Shown: positions 1-15,940 of the stretch, in pieces
How the letters are laid out: each line of letters starts with the position of its first letter
How positions within the stretch are numbered: position 1 is the stretch's first letter
From: the human T2T-CHM13v2.0 reference genome, Homo sapiens
DNA length: 64,000 bases
NCBI RefSeq assembly: GCF_009914755.1
Contig: NC_060929.1
Reading direction: 5' to 3' (one strand)
Program-made: the position numbers and the translations under genes
Notes under the pieces: model-generated
Told to the model about the DNA's origin: nothing
The model's database searches: none
Seen by the model: only the letters and a program-made list of their open reading frames with translations

Positions 1-86
1 CTGGCCTCAAACTCCTGACCTCAGGTGATCCATCTGCCTCGGCTTCCCGAAGTGCTGGGATTATAGGTGTGAGCCACTGCTCCTGG
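1..86 (-). mobile_element. Alu, left-arm 5' end (cut by window edge)
   Basis: ctcctgacctcaggtgatcc...aagtgctgggattataggtgtgagccactg is the reverse complement of the Alu 5' end. Confidence 0.95.
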
Positions 87-129
87 AAGGAATTTATTTT
101 TTTTAATTCTGTGTTTTTAAGATTTTTAT

Positions 130-1518
130 TTTAGTGAAACTATAATTTATTCATTTTTATTGTTTGCCATTTAAAAAATATAACACAATTTAACTATGTA
201 TATTACTATGGATTAGCATTTGAGTTGTTTTGAATTTTTTTGTGTGTTACAAACAATGCTGCAATTGATATTTCTGTGCATATGTGCATTGAATTCTTTA
301 GCATATATTTCTAGAAATAGTAATGGCAGGTCATCTCACTTTGGTTTTCTGCTGGCTGTGATATTTCTCTTAGCTCATTTCTTCCTTCTTTTTATGTTCT
401 GATTACTTTTTGTCATTCCATCCTTTCTTTCTCTATAAGTTATAGGCTCTTACTATCTATTGAAATAGGTAGCCTAAAAATAAAATACATATACTGAACT
501 TATCATAGCTTACTGTGTTCATCGTCATTTTTACCCTTCTGACAGGCATCACAAATTACCTTGAACTCTTTAACACCATTTCTTTCACTCTTTTGCCTTA
601 CAAGATACTGCCATAATATTTATCTTAAAAAAATTTACTACTAAAAAAAACCTTGTAAGGATAAATTATTACTGTTTAATAAGCTAGCTTTCAGTTCAGT
701 TACATTTATCACTCACTTCCTTTAAACATCTTAGACCTCTCTCCTATTCAGTATAATTTTACTTGCCTAAATTATTTTCAAAAGTTAGAATCTTCTGGTA
801 GAATATACTTCTGTTATTGTTTTTTCTGAAAGTAACGTTGTTTTTGAAAGAGTTTGACATGTACGGAATTCTACATTAGAGAATATTTTCTTCCAGCACC
901 CTGCCTATTTAATTCCACTATGTCTTCCATTGTTGCTGCTGGGGTGTAAAAGATCAGCGTAACCGCCACTTGCTTGAAGAAACTCTCTTTTCTTGCTATT
1001 TAAAAGATTTTCTTTTTGTCTTTGATTTCCTGCAGTTTCACAATGATTTCTTTAGGCATAGAGCTCTTTTTTTTACCTATACTGTTTGAGATTTGTGGAG
1101 CTTCACGAATCTATGGATCTGTATCTTTAAACACTTCAGGACAATTTTTAGTAATGATATTGTAAACACTGCCTGTGCCTTATTCTTCCCTCCTCTTATC
1201 TTCTTCGGGAAAATCCCCTCCCTACTCAAATCACATGTTACATATTCTCATTCTAATCTCTATGTCTCTTAACTTTGTCAACATTCAATGTTTTTGTCTC
1301 TCTGTGTTCATTTTTGATACTTTCTTCTGAAGGATCTTTCAGTTTACCAACTGTCTTGTCAATCAGGAAAAACCTGCCCTTAAACCCGTCCAGTGACATT
1401 TTACTACATTTTTTTTTTAAAGTTTAATTTTGTTATTTTCAGAGCTGCTTTTTTACTTTTTTGGAGCTTTATGGTTTCTAGGTCGTTCTTTCAAAATTGC
1501 CCTTAGAATTATTTATTT
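130..1518 (-). mobile_element. Ancient L1M fragments (3' end and ORF1-like), antisense
   Basis: T-rich degenerate motifs such as aaacaatgctgcaattgatatt, gcatatatttctagaaatag and tctttgatttcctgcagtttcacaatgat resemble antisense old L1M; boundaries approximate. Confidence 0.55.
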
Positions 1519-1528
1519 TAAAACTTGA

Positions 1529-2202
1529 TCTTTTGGCTTAAGATTGACTTGGCAATAGGAACAATTTTACACTGTTGGTGGGACTGTTAACTAGTTCAAC
1601 CATTGTGGAAGACAGTGTGGCGATTCCTCAGGGATCTAGAACTAGAAATACCATGTGACTCAGCAATCCCATTACTGGGTATATACCCAAAGGAATATAT
1701 ATCATGCTGCTATAAAGACACATGCACACGTATGTTTATTGTGGCACTATTCAGAATAGCAAAGACTTGGAACCAACCCAAATGTCCAACAATGATAGAC
1801 TGGATTAAGAAAATGTGGCACATATATACCATGGAATACTATGCAGCCATAAAAAATGATGAGTTCATGTCCTTTGTAGGGACATGGATGAAGCTGGAAA
1901 CCATCATTCTCAGCAAACTCGCAAGGACAAAAAACCAAACACCGCATGCTCTCACTCACAGGTGGGAATTGAACAATGAGAACACTTGGACACGGGAAGG
2001 GGAACATCACACACTGGGGCCTGTTGTGGGGTGGGGGGAGTGAGGAGGGATAGCATTAGGAGACATACCTAATGTAAATGATGAGTTAATGGGTGCAGCA
2101 CACCAACATGGCACATGTATACATATGTAACTAACCTGCACATTGTGCACATGTACCCTAGAACTTAAAGTATAATAAAATATATATATATATAAATAAA
2201 AA
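1529..2202 (+). mobile_element. 5'-truncated, 5'-inverted L1PA (ORF2 C-terminus, 3'UTR, A-tail)
   Basis: ORF 1603-2043 matches the L1 ORF2 C-terminus ([16 protein letters not shown]...[17 protein letters not shown]); 3'UTR ends gtaccctagaacttaaagtataataaaa; TSD taaaacttga at 1519-1528 and 2203-2212; 1529-1556 is antisense L1. Confidence 0.97.
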
Positions 2203-2470
2203 TAAAACTTGAAGTAAAATATTTCTGCAAAAGAGATATGGGGATTTAGAAAAAATTATTGAAAATCAAATGATATCCTATAATTACATAAAGATGAATA
2301 AACATTTTGAAGCTTGCTCTGCTGAATTTTTCTCATTTTCTCCTTCACACCAGTTTTCACAATTTTTAATCCTGATTTGAAATATATTTTTTACTGTATC
2401 AATGGGGTTATAGATTCACTGAATTCCACTGTGTTTGTCCATTTGGAGGCTCTGGAAGGAGCTAACAGAA

Positions 2471-3104
<634 letters not shown>

Positions 3105-3535
3105 GAAGACAAGATGAGAGTGAGAAGAAACTATTCATGTTCCTGGGTCTTTCATTTAATTTCATCAAGGGCTAGCTGTGTCACTCGGATGAAGGCCAAC
3201 CCTCCTGTTCAACAGCCTATGCTACAGCTATAGTGTCTAGGATATGCTGGCAGCTAAATTATTTGCCTCATTAGACCAAGTGGTGATACCAGCTCCCTTA
3301 CTGCAAGTCACTAACACTGCACTAGTATGTGTTGGTTGACCTTACCTCTACACATACCTTTATAACAACTAACAACTGTCCCTTTATTAAACTTACCAAT
3401 AATCTGTTCCTCTTTACTAACCATTTTCTGTTGAGACCCCGAATTATATGGACCTAGAATGGCACATTACTTTTCTATGAATCAACATTCAATAGATAGA
3501 TACTAAAGCATTTTATAGAGAACTTTTTTGGTGGA

Positions 3536-3860
3536 GATATATATATATATATACATATATAGCACACATATATAAATCCACATATATATTGTGTGTGATA
3601 TATATAATATATATAGATTTATATATATATTATCCACCAAATATATCCATATTATATATATAATCTCCATACATATATATGTGTGTCTATATACCTACCA
3701 AATATATCCATATTATATATATACACACATATATATGTGTGTATACAATTTTATCATATGCAATAAATACATACATGTATATGTATATATGTGTGTATAT
3801 ATACATAATATTTTACTCAAGGACCATTTATTCTATTAGGTTAAATTATAAATATACATA
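3536..3860. repeat. Degenerate (TA)n/(CATA)n/(TG)n microsatellite
   Basis: Alternating TA/CA/TG runs with an internal repeated block accaaatatatccatattatatata. Confidence 0.95.
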
Positions 3861-4399
3861 ATTACAATTAGTTGCCAAACTAATGTGTAGAAATGGAATA
3901 GACAGGAAATTGTAATACTTAAAACACAATGTTAAAAATTAACAAATCTAAATCACATACTAAATATCATGTTAAAGCACAGGAGGAATAATGTAAACTT
4001 GAAATTTTAGGCCACATAGACTAGTAAATTGGAAGTCATTTTATGTTAAACATGAATAGAAGAGACAAAGATATATTTCTTAATTAATTTTCATACGCCA
4101 TTTGTAGAGTTAGCAAAATTTGCCACTGAAGTTACCGAGCAATACGACCTGCAAGGGTAGAACATAAATGAGGCAGATCTGGGCCTGAGGTACTGGTTTG
4201 GGATTAATTTGCATAGGTTAATGGTTGAAGTTGCAACATGAGTAATATCCGTACAATAAACTGTTAAGAGAATTGCCACAAATACATATTTTTGGGAAAA
4301 AAACATTATTTATGAGCAGGAGAAACAAATATCCAGTCAATAAAATAGATAAAAAGAAATGTAAGGGATTTAATTAGATAAGAATAATGCTATCAGCTC

Positions 4400-5660
4400 A
4401 CTGTCAAATCTACTAATCTGCTGGTACCTTACTCACACTCTCTGTCTTCTCTCCTGTCACAGTGTGTTAAATGCTCCTGCTCCCACCCAAACCCAGTCCT
4501 TTATATTCTGGACCACATTCCTTTTTACTGCCCTGAATAAGCCCTGCCCCTGCAGTTATCACCTTTTTCTCTTGCATTGTAATTTTTTCTTTTCTTTGTA
4601 AGATCACTCTTATAGGCTATAACCACGCCATTATACTATCTTTAAAAAATAGTTCACCTGATATAACAGCCCTGTGTTAGATTTGATTATATTTTTCATA
4701 CAAGTCTTTCATACCTTTCTCTAGATTTTGTGGTGTATATTTCCCAGCCCTGTTCATATTGGGAACAGGCTTGGCTGTTCCCAATATGGGCTTGGCTGCA
4801 TCATTGATTGCCTGATGGAATGTCATTGGATGTGACATGAGCAGAGGCTTGATGATCACTTCTGTTATTTTTTCTGCTCTCTTGAATTCCTACAATGTGC
4901 ATGAGAAGCACAGAAGACATGTAACTGCTGGCCCTTCAGCCTGTGCCCTAGAATGAAGACACGAGGAACAAAACTGGACCCAACTGTAAGCCTGGAGTGT
5001 CATCAGGTCAAGACCAATCCAGTGGAGATCAGCCAAACAGAGCCAATCTTCAAACAAGGGAGCATAAAAATCAATGTTTGATGTTGTAATCCATCAAGAT
5101 TTTGAGGCCCATGGCTCCTCAAGCTAAACCTGTCACGTTGTTCTCTATTCTTGCTTTCACTTCACTTTCCTTTTTTGTTGAGAATTATGTCCATGTCATT
5201 TCATGAAACTTGTTACGTTGAGGTAATCAAAGATTGCTAGTCTGACAAATCCTGACAAATCTGAAGGTCACTCCTTAGCCTTCTTTTAATGCATTTAACA
5301 TATTTGTCCACTTCCTCCTTAGAACACTTTTCCTCGGCTTCTGGAACATCCCACTCACGTGATTCTCCTCCTTCACTGTCACTTATTTTTAGTTTTCCTC
5401 TTTCTCTTCCTGGCATTTCAGTGTTAGAGCACCTGAAGATGTGGTTCTCAGTTCTTTTTTCCTTTCCATATATACTCACATTTCTCTTCTGTACATAACT
5501 TACATCCTAGAGTATTTTATGTCATCTCCTGATATTACCTATCATTTTTTTGTAATGACTAACAAATTTATATCTAATGTAAGCCTCTCCTTTGGGTTCT
5601 AACCCACTATTATCCAACTTCACTTGAGATTCTAACAGAATCCTCAAATTTACCATACGC
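4400..5660 (+). mobile_element. L2 fragments, interrupted by an old MLT1-type LTR
   Basis: Pyrimidine-rich L2-like motifs (ccacttcctccttagaacacttttcctcggcttc, tatccaacttcacttgagattctaacagaatcctcaaattt). Confidence 0.6.
4673..5110 (+). mobile_element. Old MLT1-family LTR
   Basis: tgtgttagatttgattat... gggcttggc... gtgacatgagcagaggcttga... gctggcccttcagcctg... catcaagattttgagg, typical of MLT1 LTRs. Confidence 0.6.
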
Positions 5661-5664
5661 TTCA

Positions 5665-5808
5665 TTATTTAAGACAAAGGCAGCATACTATGTAAGACGT
5701 CGATATATGGGAGCCTGAGGTTGGTATATATGGGAGCTCTTTGTACTATCTCGACAATTTTCTGTAAATCTGAGACTATTATAAAATAAAAATATTATGT
5801 TTTAAAAT
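5665..5808 (+). mobile_element. L1M 3' terminal fragment
   Basis: ggtatatatgggagctctttgtactatc...tgtaaatctgagactattataaaataaaa is an old L1 3' end. Confidence 0.7.
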
Positions 5809-8336
5809 ATGAGACCCCTTTTGGATAATGTACCTAAATGATAATTTGACTTAACAGTGGTAGGGAATGCAGTTACATTAGTCTTCAGGTAGCAGAATAG
5901 GCCATCTCGTTAAATATGCACTCTTTCTCTCTTTTGAGTGACAGAATCTAAAGATCATGAGCCTCAAAAATGAAAGCAAAAAGAAAAAGAGAGAACATTT
6001 TTAAAAGTACAAACCTTATACACCTAGTATATCTATATTGGTATGAATTATACAATGACACATGGAATTACCACTTGATATATCCTATGATTAAAAAAAC
6101 ATGTAAAGTCTGGATCTTTTAATTATTGTGATCTTCTTTCACAAAATAAGCAAATATTTAATATAAAACTGATTATACAGTTGAAATTGCTAATCACTGC
6201 ATTACAGAGATTTTTCTTTCCTCATTAAATACTCTTTAGTAATTTTTAAGAAATCCAACATAAACAAAGGTAAAGCTTAATTTCTAAAATTCATTCCAAC
6301 TAGTAAGAATTCAAAAGATCTAATATACTTATTTATGTGACAAGAATGCAAATTAAATTACTGTTGTCTTATTCTAAAAACAATATTTGCAGGTTGTTTT
6401 CAATAGCAATTAAACCCTGTTTTAATTTTAGTATGGCATCTCCATTTGCTCCGAGTATTACACCCCAGTCAGGGCCTATTTGCAGGTCTGTTCTATTGCA
6501 CAGGCTGTATGTTTCCTCCTATTTTCTTTCTCTGTTTCAACTAAGTCTCCCTTTTGTCTCATACATTTCTCTTGACACTAAAGCTATGTATTTTATGCTA
6601 TTGGCGGCTTGTCCTGAAGATAGTTGTAAAATCTGTCTTTTTCCAATTATGAGAGGTGTTCCATAAATTCTTTGGGGAATATTCATTTTGAGATGTGCGC
6701 CTGTAACTCCCATTAATGTTGCCCATTTAAACTTGATTTATTGCTTTCCTTTTCTGTCTAAGTGACTCCAGCCTCCCCGTTAATGCAGTTTGTTTATAAT
6801 CTCCAAACTCCCCCTTACCTAAATGCAGTCTCTCACAAATGCTTTGCATGTAGGTCATTTATTAAATTGTAAACCAAAGTAATATAAAATCAACTAGTTT
6901 TTTGAAAGGCTGAATTTTATTCTTTTTTGGATGCCTCCTGCCATGATATAAAATACAATATTTGAGCTTGGTCAACTGAGAAAGAGTAACCTTGCACTAA
7001 AATAAGCCTAGCTATAAAAATAACTTGCTTGGATTGATCAATGAAACAATGACCTGAAAAAATTAATATCACAGAAATTATAGACTAGATAATATTTTTT
7101 AAAATGGCATGTTTGTAATTTTACAGTTGAGGTTGTATTACTAGTCTGTAAATCCATTTATAGCTGTGAATATGTAGTTGAAATATTGTAAATACATATT
7201 CTCCTGAAAGTAGCCAGTCTGTAAAACAAGTTCCTGTTTTTTTATCATTTCATCTCATTTTCTTCAACTTTTATTTTCCAACTTCCAAAATGCCTCATAC
7301 TACTAAGTTGACTCATTCAGTATCTTAGTTTCCAGAACATCACTGCCCTATTGGAGTCACTGTCCCCAGCTGTCCCCAAGTCATACCAAAGAGTTTCAGT
7401 TCTCTTTCAGTTGAGTTTTCCATAACACATATAGTTTTATAGATATTGTATATTATTATCTATGTGCACATACATCATGGACCTTGTCATCACCCAGGAT
7501 ATACAGTTTTTAAAACTGTATGTTGGCATTACATTTTCTTTACTGCCCTATGATTAATGTTCTAGCTAAACTTTGTCCTTTGATGAACTATTCTCCCAGG
7601 TTATTGCTTCCTTGAGATATCATTTAACAAGTTATTTGGCTTGAATCTTGTGACCACCATGTGAACCCTAAGTCATGCCTTTTACTATCAGCTTGCATTT
7701 ATTTGCTACTTTAATGTTTTACCATAGTCATGCAGTCAATATAAACCTTGGGTACCCCTAAGCATTTCACTTCTTGGATTCTGCAATAGGTAGCTCATAG
7801 ACAGGCTGCAAGGCTCCAGTGCATGTAGATTTACAGCTTTCCCAGGAAACTTAGTTACATTTATGAATTAAAAATAAAATCTCTGATCAACTCATCTGGG
7901 CCTTTTTCTCTTCTGAATAATCACTGTTGTGAACATAATTCTCAAGCTCCTCTTTCCACAGGCTGTACTTTCGGCATGTTGCCCAGCCTTCTCCTTCACC
8001 AAAGTGCAAACAGTAATGTTTTCTTCTTTCCTCTCTTCTCTCAAAACTAAATTTCATCTGCACTTTCTCTTCCTGCCAGGGTCAGGTGAAACTACCCCCA
8101 TCTATACCCAAGGTTGCCATCTTCTCCTTCTTCTAGAATCATACAAAATTAGTTTACTTATCTCTTGTGCTTTTAGTTTTTCTAAATTATGTCTCCTCTT
8201 CCTTCGTTTTCTCTTTCTCCTCCTATTGCCATAAATTCATAAAATATTTTTCAGTGTTTTTAGTATTTTTAAACCTTTCTCTAGCATGCCTTCCTTTAGT
8301 ATCGCCAGGTTTAATGAAAAAGACAATTCACCTTTA

Positions 8337-8798
<462 letters not shown>

Positions 8799-11483
8799 CT
8801 AACCCTCATTGGTTTAAAGTTTGCACTTGATTTTATAATGATCTCAATCCCTTTCTATGGGACACCGTCTACTCTTGATTTCTGAGACATGAGTACATTT
8901 GATGTGCCTCCAAGCATTCTGTCTCTCTCTCTCTCTCAACCATGTTAACAAATCCTAAATTTGTATATTTGGCCTAATTTTTCTCCTGAGTTACAGAGCT
9001 ATATTTCTAATATTTGCTAAAATTAATTCTAATAAGGGACCAAAACCCTAAGGTTCCAAAACAAAACTATCACTGATTAGCTACCCAGAAACGTTACCTT
9101 CTTTCTCCTGTTTTCCCTGTTTTACTTAATCTTTAGAGTAATAATGTATTCTTCTTTTTGTTACCTTTCAAATTTTCTTATCCTTCCAATTTTACATCTC
9201 AACTCTCTGCTCTCATTTATTTTCCTAGTACAGGTCCTCTCATCTCATGTTTTAAAAAATTACATGACTGTATTTTAATTATCTCTTTTTGTAACATTTA
9301 AAAAATTAGTTACAACTATTTTGGTTGAAAATGGTCAAAACCTAACTCCAAGTGGTTATTAAAAATAAAAGAATAGTAAATACCAGTAAGGACCAAATGA
9401 CTGAAAACTCAGAAGACATTTTAGCTTTAGGCATGACTAGCTCCAAGTGTACAGATAATATATGCAGGTATTTGTTCCTCTTTATGCTTCCTGTTTGCTT
9501 ACCTTTTTGTTGCCTACAATAAGGGTTCTTACTCTTTGTTCTCATAATGCTGCTTTTAGCTACATTCTATCAGTATGATCACGGGATAAATATAAAATGT
9601 CTATTAACTGATAGTTACAAATAACTGATTATCTATATATACTTGATTTACTATTTGCCTTATTAAAGAGATGAAAGGAAGGAATGCTTGAATTGGCCAG
9701 GTCTGAGATACAAGCCCATTCAACAATGAGAAGGGTGTTCAAACCCATGTGGTCTAAAAGACTGAGACTAAAGAGGGCCTGATACCCAAAAAGGAAAATG
9801 CTTGACAAGCTAAATAACAGATCCCTGTTATATTCTAATGCACAAATCTGATATTTGGCAGGTAGAGCCCTAAATTTTGAGCCTGGCATTAAGGCCCTTC
9901 ACATACTCCCCGCTTCCTAGCTTTCAACAGCACAATCTTAGCCACACTGGGACTTGGGCTTCTCAAAGACAGCATGCCTGTGATGGGTATGGCTCACATT
10001 GTTCCCTGAAAACCCCCTTGTGTTCTCCATTGAATGGCAGTGCCTCCTCTATCCTACAAAGTGGAGCCCATATCCTATTTTGCTGTCTTTCTCCAAAGAG
10101 ACGTACTCATCTCCATCCAGGTGGGAATTAGTTCCTACAGTGAACATAGTAGCAAACGCCCTACACCGACCTCCCTATATCCTTCCTTTGCTGCTTGAAG
10201 TAGGGATCATATATTGCTTGCCTTTTGATCCCCAGCCTTAGGCATAATGCTGAGAAGAATATACTTGGAAGAATTCCTGACATAGAGTATAAGCTCAGTA
10301 AATATTTGTTAACTCAAGTCTCTACAAACAGCTGAACTAGCGCAAGAAGTAGCTGAAATGAGCATTTTAACTTATGGATGCCAATTTGGGTTGGAAACAA
10401 CTATGTATTTATATTAACTTAAACTTTATGGGGACGAAATGATTTGTTTATTGCATCTTGATATTTGAAGTTCATTTCAGGAACATACTGCTGAGGGGAA
10501 AAAATACAAGGACTGGCTGTTCTCTGTTCACCAAATGTTTCAGAAATTTAGTGCAAAATGTATGCTTCTATTAGCCTTCCTTCAATTAGTGATTCATAGC
10601 TATCTTGGATTTACTTCTCAGTGTAACACTCGGCACAGTTTTCAGTTATTCAGAACATAATAATGTCCCCAAACATTAAATAATTATTTCCACCATCTTT
10701 TACACAAACAGCTTTGTTCTCCCTAATTTTAACTGATGCTCAAACTCTCAAACAAATGTGGCCTTTAAATTTTAATGGAAGTCCATACAAAAAAAGACAT
10801 AAAATGATATACTATTAAATATAAACATATTTAAACAAAATTGTTATTCCTTTATACACTATATTTTATATGGTGTTGGTTCTCTCTGATGCTGGAAATT
10901 CATCTTTATGATCAATTAATGCAAGATGTAAAATTGAATATAGTACTTGACTTATGAACCCAGAAAACACTAAGAGCATATCTGACCCATCCTGTGCATC
11001 TATTCACAGGTCATAGCCAAGTCAAACACAGACACAAAGTTATTTTGGCATATGATTTCAAGGAAAATGCCTGGAATTGCAATAACTATTCTATTACAAA
11101 AATTGATATGCAAGGTCATGATATGCCTGAGAACAATTTGATCATTATAGTAATGTTTACATTTACGTATTCATTCATTCAAAGACATCTAGATAAATAG
11201 GGAGGCTAAATAAGAGCTATATAAGTATGGTTATTTCATATTCACTGTAAATTTTTGCTAGAAAGTAAACTCATTAAGGGAATGAACCATTTCTCTTCCA
11301 CACATCTCCTATGCCTAACCCAACACCTAACACATACAAGAGGTTGGTTGGTTGGTTGTAGTTATTGTAACAGTAGTCTTCATCTTCAATATCCACCACT
11401 ACATTTAAACTGTGAATCCCATACCCTACAAATTCAATAATTGTTAGTAACAAGAAAAATGTTTCTGAAAAGCCAGGCATTTG

Positions 11484-12143
<660 letters not shown>

Positions 12144-13129
12144 ATATACACAAAAACAATCTGTCTCAGTAGAGAAAGAAAATAAAATCTGAAAGTTAGG
12201 ATGTGAATGAGCAAAATGTGCTGGATACAGGAAAAAGATAATCTGAGTTCATCAAATGACTCAGGATTGACTAATAATGTTGGCCAGAAACCATGACTGG
12301 TATTTAAAAGTCCAGGGAAGTGTGATTCATTGCCTCACTGACTTTTTCTTATTTAATATTTTAACACATGATCTTAGCAAACCTGGGATTCAGTGTTAAC
12401 AGTGTGTGGAATTTACTAATTTACAGGCTTCTGTTTTCAATAACTACTCTCATCTTACCAGTCATCTATCACGAGCATCTCTTCTTCTGAAACAATAGAT
12501 CAGACATGTCATCTGTAATTTATATATATCTTCCACCAGAACTGTTACTCTTATTTCAGTTGACAAGAGTTATCTGCTTATTGCAAAACTTTGGTACAAT
12601 TAAAACCACATTGAAATGGATGAAATATCCAGGGCCAAAGCCTGTTAATTTAGGATAAAACACGGGCCTCTATTTTTACCAATTTCATTATGATTATGAT
12701 CCTCACCAAGGTTGGAGAATCGCTGGATTACTCTTTCTATTAAAATAAATTTAAACAAAAGAAAATAAAATAACAGGCACCTCTCTCTCCACCCAATTAA
12801 TCAAGTTCAGGTAAAAATTCTTTGTCCTAAAAACTTACATATCCAGCAACCAAACTTGCCCTCTGTTCAGCAATACTCTCCCATTTTTACATATTTTCTT
12901 CCTCATTATATTACATATTTCCACAGTTTAAACAGTTTGGATAAAAATATAACAACTAATTTTTTTAAAGAAATTCAGCTTAAATTAACTAATTTGAAAT
13001 ATGTAACTTGTAGATAAATAAGCTACAGCTTTCAAATTTTAACCAGGCTCCACATATCATATGCACAGATGAGAAGTTTGTGCTTTAATAGGTCAGGCTT
13101 TCTTACAGTACATGAATGAGAAACCTAAC

Positions 13130-13450
13130 TCCACTGCATACCTTATATCTAAATCTTTGCATCTCTGTTTCCTCTGCCTGGACTCATCTTCCTTCCCCAC
13201 CAGATCATTTTATGACTGATTCCTCATTATTCATACCTCAACTCAAAAGATTGATTATCTTCAGAGCATTTATTAATATCTGAAATTTCCTAATCTGTTT
13301 GTTTCACTTATATTTTGTTCATCTCTTATCTCCAGAGTATTTGTTGTCAAACATCTAGAAGTGTGCCTTACCTATAACAGGTGCTCAATAAATATTTATT
13401 AAATAAATAAGCAAATACAAGGCTAAATGAGTAAAAAAATGTATGAATGC
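13130..13450 (+). mobile_element. L2 3' end
   Basis: tagaagtgtgccttacctataacaggtgctcaataaatatttatt is an L2 terminus motif. Confidence 0.65.
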
Positions 13451-13931
13451 TTTGTCTATTAGGAGTTATCTTTCATAATTAATGTGGACTTCCATAATAT
13501 TGTTCAAGTATTTTAATGTGCAGGTATTCAAGTAAATTGGTATTTTATCTCAAATATAGAAAATTATATATGTCTTCCATTAAAGTAACTTTACAAAATA
13601 AAAATATACTACAAAATATCAAAGATATAGGTAATATTTGATGAGTTAATTGAATCAATTGGTCAGGAATGGAAAATATTCTGAAGAACTGTCTCTACTC
13701 CCAATCAGTTGACTCATTTTAGCACTAAACTGAAAATTAGAAGACCTGAATTCTAATTGTATCAATAATCTAAACTAAGTTTGTGGTTTGGGTTTGTATA
13801 AAACTAAGTGCTCAGATGATGTAATGCTGAAGTTCCATTTCCATTTCAACTTTAAGATTCTGTGAATGAAATGGAAATGAGAAGGTAAAGATAACTTCAG
13901 CATTCTCCAGTAAATACAAAAATAAACATAT

Positions 13932-14286
13932 TGATATGGTTAGGCTGTGTCCTTACCCAAATCTCACCTTGAATTGTAATAATTCCCATGTGTCAAGGGC
14001 AGGACCAAATGAAGGTGATTGGATCATGGGGGCAGTTTCCCGAGTGCTGTTCTCCTGATAATAAGTGAGTTCGCATGAGATCTGATGGTTTTATAAGGAG
14101 TTTTCTCCTTCACTCGGCGCTCACTCTCTATCCTGCAGCCCTGTGATGAGGTGCCTTCCACCATGATTACAAGTTTCATGAGGCCTCCCCAGACATCTGG
14201 ATCTGTGAGTCAATTAAACCTCTTTCCTTTATAAATTACCCAGTTTGGGGTATTTCTTCATAGCAGCATGATAACAAACTAATACA
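13932..14286 (+). mobile_element. THE1 solo LTR
   Basis: TG...CA ends (tgatatggtt...ctaataca); perfect 5-bp TSD catat at 13927-13931 and 14287-14291. Confidence 0.96.
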
Positions 14287-15734
14287 CATATGTTGCCCAA
14301 AGAATTAATAAATCCTCAGAGTTTTTACAAAACTGATAAAGCTTGCTTATAATCTACATTCTGTAAGAATTATAGTAAAGCCTCTTGTTTGTTTTACACT
14401 TTGGTTACAATTTAGAATTTATTTAATAATTTACAAAGTACTTTCACCTACATTATCTTAATTGATGCTGGCAACTATACACATATGCACACAGCCCTGT
14501 GTATGATCAGAGATGGTATCATTCCTACCATCCCCCTCCTTGTATCTCCCAAAATAAGGTAATCAATGTTTCTAGAAGTAAGTGGTTCCCTGACATGTGC
14601 ACAGCTGGAAGTCATTGGCATTTTTGACTGAGTCAGTATTCTAAGTGATAATATTGCTATTACCTCCTGCATGCTGGATCTGTTTGCAGCCGTATTGCAT
14701 GCCTTATTAGCTCTCACTTGTGTTTAAACATGGTCGCCAAAAATCAGAGCCTTATGTTTGATGCCTTTCTCATGAGATGTAGGCCCACACATCCAACAGC
14801 CTGCTAGATATTGCCAATTGCATATCCTACACCTATATATGGTTCAGCATCTCTGAACATGTCTCTCTTAAAGCAGTTCTTCAATCCTGTCCCCTGATAC
14901 AGAAAATTGCACTATTCATTATTCAGCGGTCTGAACTAAAACCTCAGAAGTCTTCCTTGACAGAAGAATACTGGGCTGGTGATAAGATTCGGGAATAGGC
15001 AACACTGGTAGTAAAAAATACCAAAGTGACTACTTGAGGGAGTGGAAAATACAACAAAAGGAATAGCCTAGGTGACTTTACATTCACTGGGCTTAAATCT
15101 AGCCTAGAAATAATGCCCTCTGGCCACTGCCCCAGTGCATTCTTATAGTGCACGCTGATAAATCATAGTAAAAATATATCCTCCCTTTTGAAACTTGCCT
15201 ACAGTTCTTATCATTGAAGTTTTATGTCCTTGGATATAGAAGGTATTTTCATTTTCACCAACTCTGTAAAAAAAAAAACTACTTCTGGATTATATAAATA
15301 CTATGAAAATGTATCAGTTTAGAGTCAAACACCAATGGTATTATATGAAATATTTGATGGAACTATCCTATAAGGAAGCTTCCAATTTAGACAAGGTGAA
15401 CGTTAGTTTATTATTTAAGTAGATATTAGTAAATATACTTATTTATGTATCAAATTGAAAGATGTGTATAATTTCCTTATGAATAATATATTTATAATGC
15501 ACATCATCTTTTGCCTTTAATCTGCAAAGATATCCTAATAAATTCATATATTGTACATCCTTTGCTCAAAGAAGAACACTTTGGAAAATGGCCATTGCTG
15601 TGATTATTGTGGATTTATGTAGCTTCCAGCCACATACTGCATGTTTGTTTCTGGCTAAAATCTATTTTTTCTAATGAGCACACTATTAAAATACTTAAAA
15701 TATTATTCACAGATTGTCTCAATGGGGAAAAAAA

Positions 15735-15940
15735 GACATGCAGACTCTGGAGATAAACACCTCCAGTTAAATCTGGGCTCTGGGGTTATACCTGTGTGCT
15801 GTTGGGCAGGTCCTTTTACTTGCTTTATTTGCATGATGGGGGTGATAGCATACAGGCACCTGTTGTATAAGATTATTATAAGCATTAAATAAGTTACTAT
15901 ATGTGAAGCATTTGAAACAGCATCTGGCACACAATGCTAT
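15735..15940 (+). mobile_element. MIR
   Basis: gactctggagata...aatctgggctctg...attaaataagttactatatgtgaagcatttgaaacagcatctggcacac. Confidence 0.75.

Noticed and set aside
3591-3861. Y/I/H-rich ORFs
   Set aside because: Translation of a TA/CA microsatellite.
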